From the human T2T-CHM13v2.0 reference genome, Homo sapiens, in the NCBI RefSeq assembly GCF_009914755.1, contig NC_060933.1: DNA of 64,000 nucleotides; one strand, 5' to 3'. The notes beneath the pieces are model-generated. The model ran no database searches. It was not told where the DNA came from and was given only the letters and a program-made list of their open reading frames with translations. Of the stretch, positions 56,627 to 64,000 are shown one piece after another. The position numbers and the translations under genes are program-made. Numbering within the stretch: the stretch's first letter is position 1; each line of letters opens with the position of its first letter.

Positions 56627-56829
56627 ACATCTTGACAACATGGAATCCTTGAATCCATCAGCCTGGTATATCTATTTAGATCTTTTTAAAAAAATGTATC
56701 TCAGCAATGTTTTGTATTTTCAGTGCACAGGTCAGGCAAATATTTTGTTCAATGTATCCCTTGGTATTTCATATTTTGATGCTATTATAAAAGCTTCTGT
56801 TTTATTAATTTGAACTTACAATTTTAATA

Positions 56830-59790
<2,961 letters not shown>

Positions 59791-59829
59791 TTTATATTTA
59801 TATATGTTTTCATTTCTTTAGTTCATCCA

Positions 59830-61740
59830 TTTTGGCCTATGGAAGATTAGATATTTTTAAAACCCTCCCAACTGATACAATTAAATGCCAGACTATATAT
59901 TTTCATGTACCATCTTTAAAAATATTGCTAATCTGGTAAAAAGTAAACACTCTAGAGGCCCGAAAAATAAAATGAAAAAAAAAAATGGAACTCAGAAAAG
60001 TAAACAAGCAATAAAGCTAGTTTTTACCCCTGAAGCTCTTTGCCAAACCATGAACACTTTGAGCTCCCAAAATGATGGAGACACAGGTCAGAGGTGAAAG
60101 GAGATAAAGCCTAGAAATCTCTTAAGTACACAACAGCCTAATACTTAGGTAGTCAAGGGCTACATCTTTAGTGTAAGGATAAAATATTCTGATTAAATTC
60201 TATCAGCAGAAAATTCTTCATTCTTGATGCTGTTGCAGGGTACAAGCAAATATCTCCAGTGACACGTCTAACTAAAAGTATGCTTTCACATGGAGTTGCA
60301 ATCCAAATTCACCCATCGTGGTCTCATAAAATGGCAAACATATTTATAGAGAACCCAAATTATTAGTATTCCTAGGTAATAGCCAGAAGCATAGTTGAAA
60401 TATAAATATACTCTAGAGGGATTCAAATTGAGCCAAGCCCCACTCCCCCAATTCCTACAAATAAAGCTTTGTGGACAACTAAAATAATCAGAAACAGAAT
60501 AAAACAGTGTTTAATGCATGTAAAAAACTTAGTTTCTCATTTTTTAAAGGAATGATTGACAATGGTGGGGAAAAAAAGACTACCAACAGCCAAGCAGATC
60601 TATAAAAGAACCAAATGGAATATCACAAAATGAAAAGATTAGACACGAGTAAAAGTGGCATTAGTGAGCCGGAAGATAAACCCAGATACGTTATTCATAA
60701 TGGATCTAAATAGACAAGAAGAAGAAATAACTGAAAAAGGAAAACAAGCAACATGAAAGAGAGTGAAAAAGCCTAATGTATTCTAATCAAATTTCCAGAA
60801 GGATATAATAAGAAAAAGAAGCATCAAAAGTCAAAGAAATAATGGTTGAGATTGTTCCAGAATTGCTGAAATCCCACGCAAGATGAATTTAAAAAAAAAA
60901 AACAAACAAACACATGAGAGACAAAGCACTGTGAAGACAGCAAGAACAAATAAGTGAATTAGTTTAAGAGTAACAATTAGACATACTCATTTGTGGCACG
61001 TAAATAAAACAAGAGCAAAAAAGAATCTCCTTAATCTAAGACAGAATATCTATTTACGACTTATTGGAGAAATGCTAATATACTTTCTTTAAAATGAAGA
61101 ACAATAAGAGTATATTCATTATCTTTACTTCTGCTCAACGTTGTACTGAAGATATTAAGCAGCACAGCTGGACAAGAAAAGGAAATAAAGGGTACAAAGA
61201 ATAGGAAAGGGGAAAAAAGGTAAAGTGGTTATTTATAAATTACATAATTTTATATCTGAAATCCAAAAGGATATATAATAAACTACTAGAATTAGGTAGC
61301 TGGGCAAAAGATCAATATTCAGAAATCAATTGAGTTTCTAAACAACACGAGAACAGAAAAATGTAATTAAAAATATATGCCATTTATAGAACCCGTAAAA
61401 ACATAGGTCCTTAGGGGAAAAAAATGAAGCAAAGATATGTAGGACCATTATGGAAGAAATTTTGAAGTGTTTTTAAAAGATATTAAAATAAAATCTAAAT
61501 AAACTGACACCATGTTCAGGAATTGGGCAGGAAAACTCACTAACATAAAGGTGTCAATTCATTCCAGACTTATCTGTATTCAGTGAAAATTTCAACCTGG
61601 TTTTTATGAGACTTGATAATATTACTGAATCTAAAATTTACATGGAAAGGCACAATACCAAGAAAAGCAGAACATCCAAGAAGAAAAGAAGACGTAGAGA
61701 ACTAGATAGATATTAAGACCATAGTAATTGACACAGCAAA
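59830..61740 (+). mobile_element. Degenerate L1ME-like fragments
   Basis: ctgctcaacgttgtactgaag...acaagaaaaggaaataaaggg; aaagatcaatattcagaaatcaattg. Confidence 0.7.
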
Positions 61741-61960
61741 AATAATATGTACCATCCTTGGGAGAACTGAGAAAACAGTGTCATTCAAATTCTGTTTTGT
61801 GTTCTGGGATCAGATGAGAAATGCAGTATGAGAAAAGCTGCATCTAGGAGGTTAAGATTAGAAACAGGGAAACCAGTTCTAACAATGCAGCAAGAAATGG
61901 TGTTGGCTTGGACCAGGGTGGTAGTGGTGGAGGTGGAGCTACATCAACAGATACTAGATA

Positions 61961-62232
61961 TTTTTTCTTTTTTTTTTTTTTTTGAGACGGAGTCTTGCTC
62001 TGTAGCCCAGGCCGGACTGCGGACTGCAGTGGCGCAATCTCGGCTCACTGCAACCTCCACCTCCCTGGTTCAAGCTAGTCTCCTGCCTCAGCCTTCCAAA
62101 TAGCTGGGATTACAGGCGTCCGCCACCATGCCCAGCTAATTTTTTGTATTTTTAGTAGAGACGAGGTTTCACTATGTTGGCCAGGCTGGTCTCAAATTCC
62201 TGACCTCATGATCTGCCCATTTTGGCCTCCCA
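61961..62232 (-). mobile_element. 5'-truncated AluS body carrying an AluYb8-type patch; TSD GATATTTTT
   Basis: cccaggccggactgcggactgcagtggcgcaatct (Yb8 diagnostics) next to caacctcc...ttcaagc and ttggccaggctggtctcaaa (S-type). Confidence 0.9.
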
Positions 62233-62311
62233 GGATATTTTTCAACATAAGATATGGCTGAATTTGTGGATGGCTTGGATATAGAGTATGTGGACAAAAA
62301 AGAGAAGGGTC

Positions 62312-62709
<398 letters not shown>

Positions 62710-62933
62710 CTAAGAATAGAGTTGAGGAGAAAAATTAGAAGCTGAATTTTGGATGTGTTATATAAAAATGCCTATCAGATAGCCAAGAGAAGGTGTAAGC
62801 AGCTGGAGTTCAAGGGAAAAGTCCATGTCTGAGATTGCTATTTAATTCTGGGAGTTGTCAGAAGGTGTTAATAGACATGACATGACACTGGGTGCAATGA
62901 AGGGAGTAAATATATTTAAAGAAAAGAAGCTCA

Positions 62934-63274
<341 letters not shown>

Positions 63275-64000
63275 TTAACACTTTGGGGAGGTATGGAATA
63301 ACTGGCAAAGGAGACAGAAAGAAAAGCCAAGGAAGTAGCAGGAAATCAGGAAAACAGGGTTCCCTTCCCTGGAAGTCATATGAGGAAAATATATCAAAGA
63401 GAAGGCAGTGATTGTGTCAAACAGATCAAGAAAGAGGAGAACTGAGAATTAATCACATTTTTGGTCACTGATAACCATGACAAGAGCAGATTCAGAGGGG
63501 TGGTGGGAGTGGAAGCCTGATTGGAATGACTTCAGTGGAGAACTGACGACAACAAATTCAGCAACTTTTTAAAGGAATTTTGCTGTAAAGGGAAGAGGAA
63601 ATAGAGACCTAATGGGAGAACAGTATTAGTTCAAGAGGATGTTTTCCTACTCCCATCCACTAAGATAGGAGAAATAGCTACATGCTTCCACAATAAGGGG
63701 AAGATCAAGTAGAGAGGGGGAAATAATTCAGAATGGGAAGAAGAAAACTGATGGAATCGTGTCTTGAGTAGACGAAAGGGGATGGAATCTAGTGCATGGA
63801 TGCATGGTTTTGTTCTTGCTAGGAATCTGGAAAATGCACCCATGATAACAGGGGAGAAGGTAGCGTATACGGGTGAAGTTGTAGGTGGGTGAGATGTGGT
63901 GATAGCAGATTGCAGAATTTCTTCTCTGAGGCTTCATAATAGCAGTGTTTGTTATAGCAAAAACAAAAAAAAAGAGAAGAAAAAATTGGGAACAACCCAT

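Overview
Mammalian genomic DNA, almost certainly human (Alu S/Y/J elements, plus an AluYb8-type diagnostic). The whole window lies inside DENND1A (connecdenn 1, a Rab35 GEF), which is transcribed on the minus strand. Four internal coding exons with canonical GT-AG boundaries are readable: 32608-32539, 27196-27116, 22904-22851 and 7948-7838 (exons 6-9 by my recollection of the numbering). Spliced together they give SYLPWFEVFYKLLNILADYTTKRQ-ENQWNELLETLHKLPIPDPGVSVHLSV-HSYFTVPDTRELPSIPEN-RNLTEYFVAVDVNNMLHLYASMLYERRILIICSKLST, part of the DENN module. The rest is intron filled with Alu, L1, L2, MIR, ERVL/MaLR LTRs and hAT DNA transposons. None of the ORFs in the supplied track looks like a real gene. 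The most interesting unexplained structure is in the intron upstream of the 111-nt exon (13806-14143, minus strand): a TATA box, an ATG, a protein-like frame broken by two stops and one extra base, and a phase-0 splice donor that would join the next DENND1A exon in frame. It may be a disabled alternative first exon. Other oddities are a ~290-bp local templated duplication, an AluS carrying a short AluYb8 patch, a closely spaced inverted Alu pair, an LTR whose (TA)n has captured ~260 bp at a palindromic junction, a 22-bp perfect palindrome and a composite CArG/YY1 site. Repeat subfamily names and boundaries are by eye and approximate.
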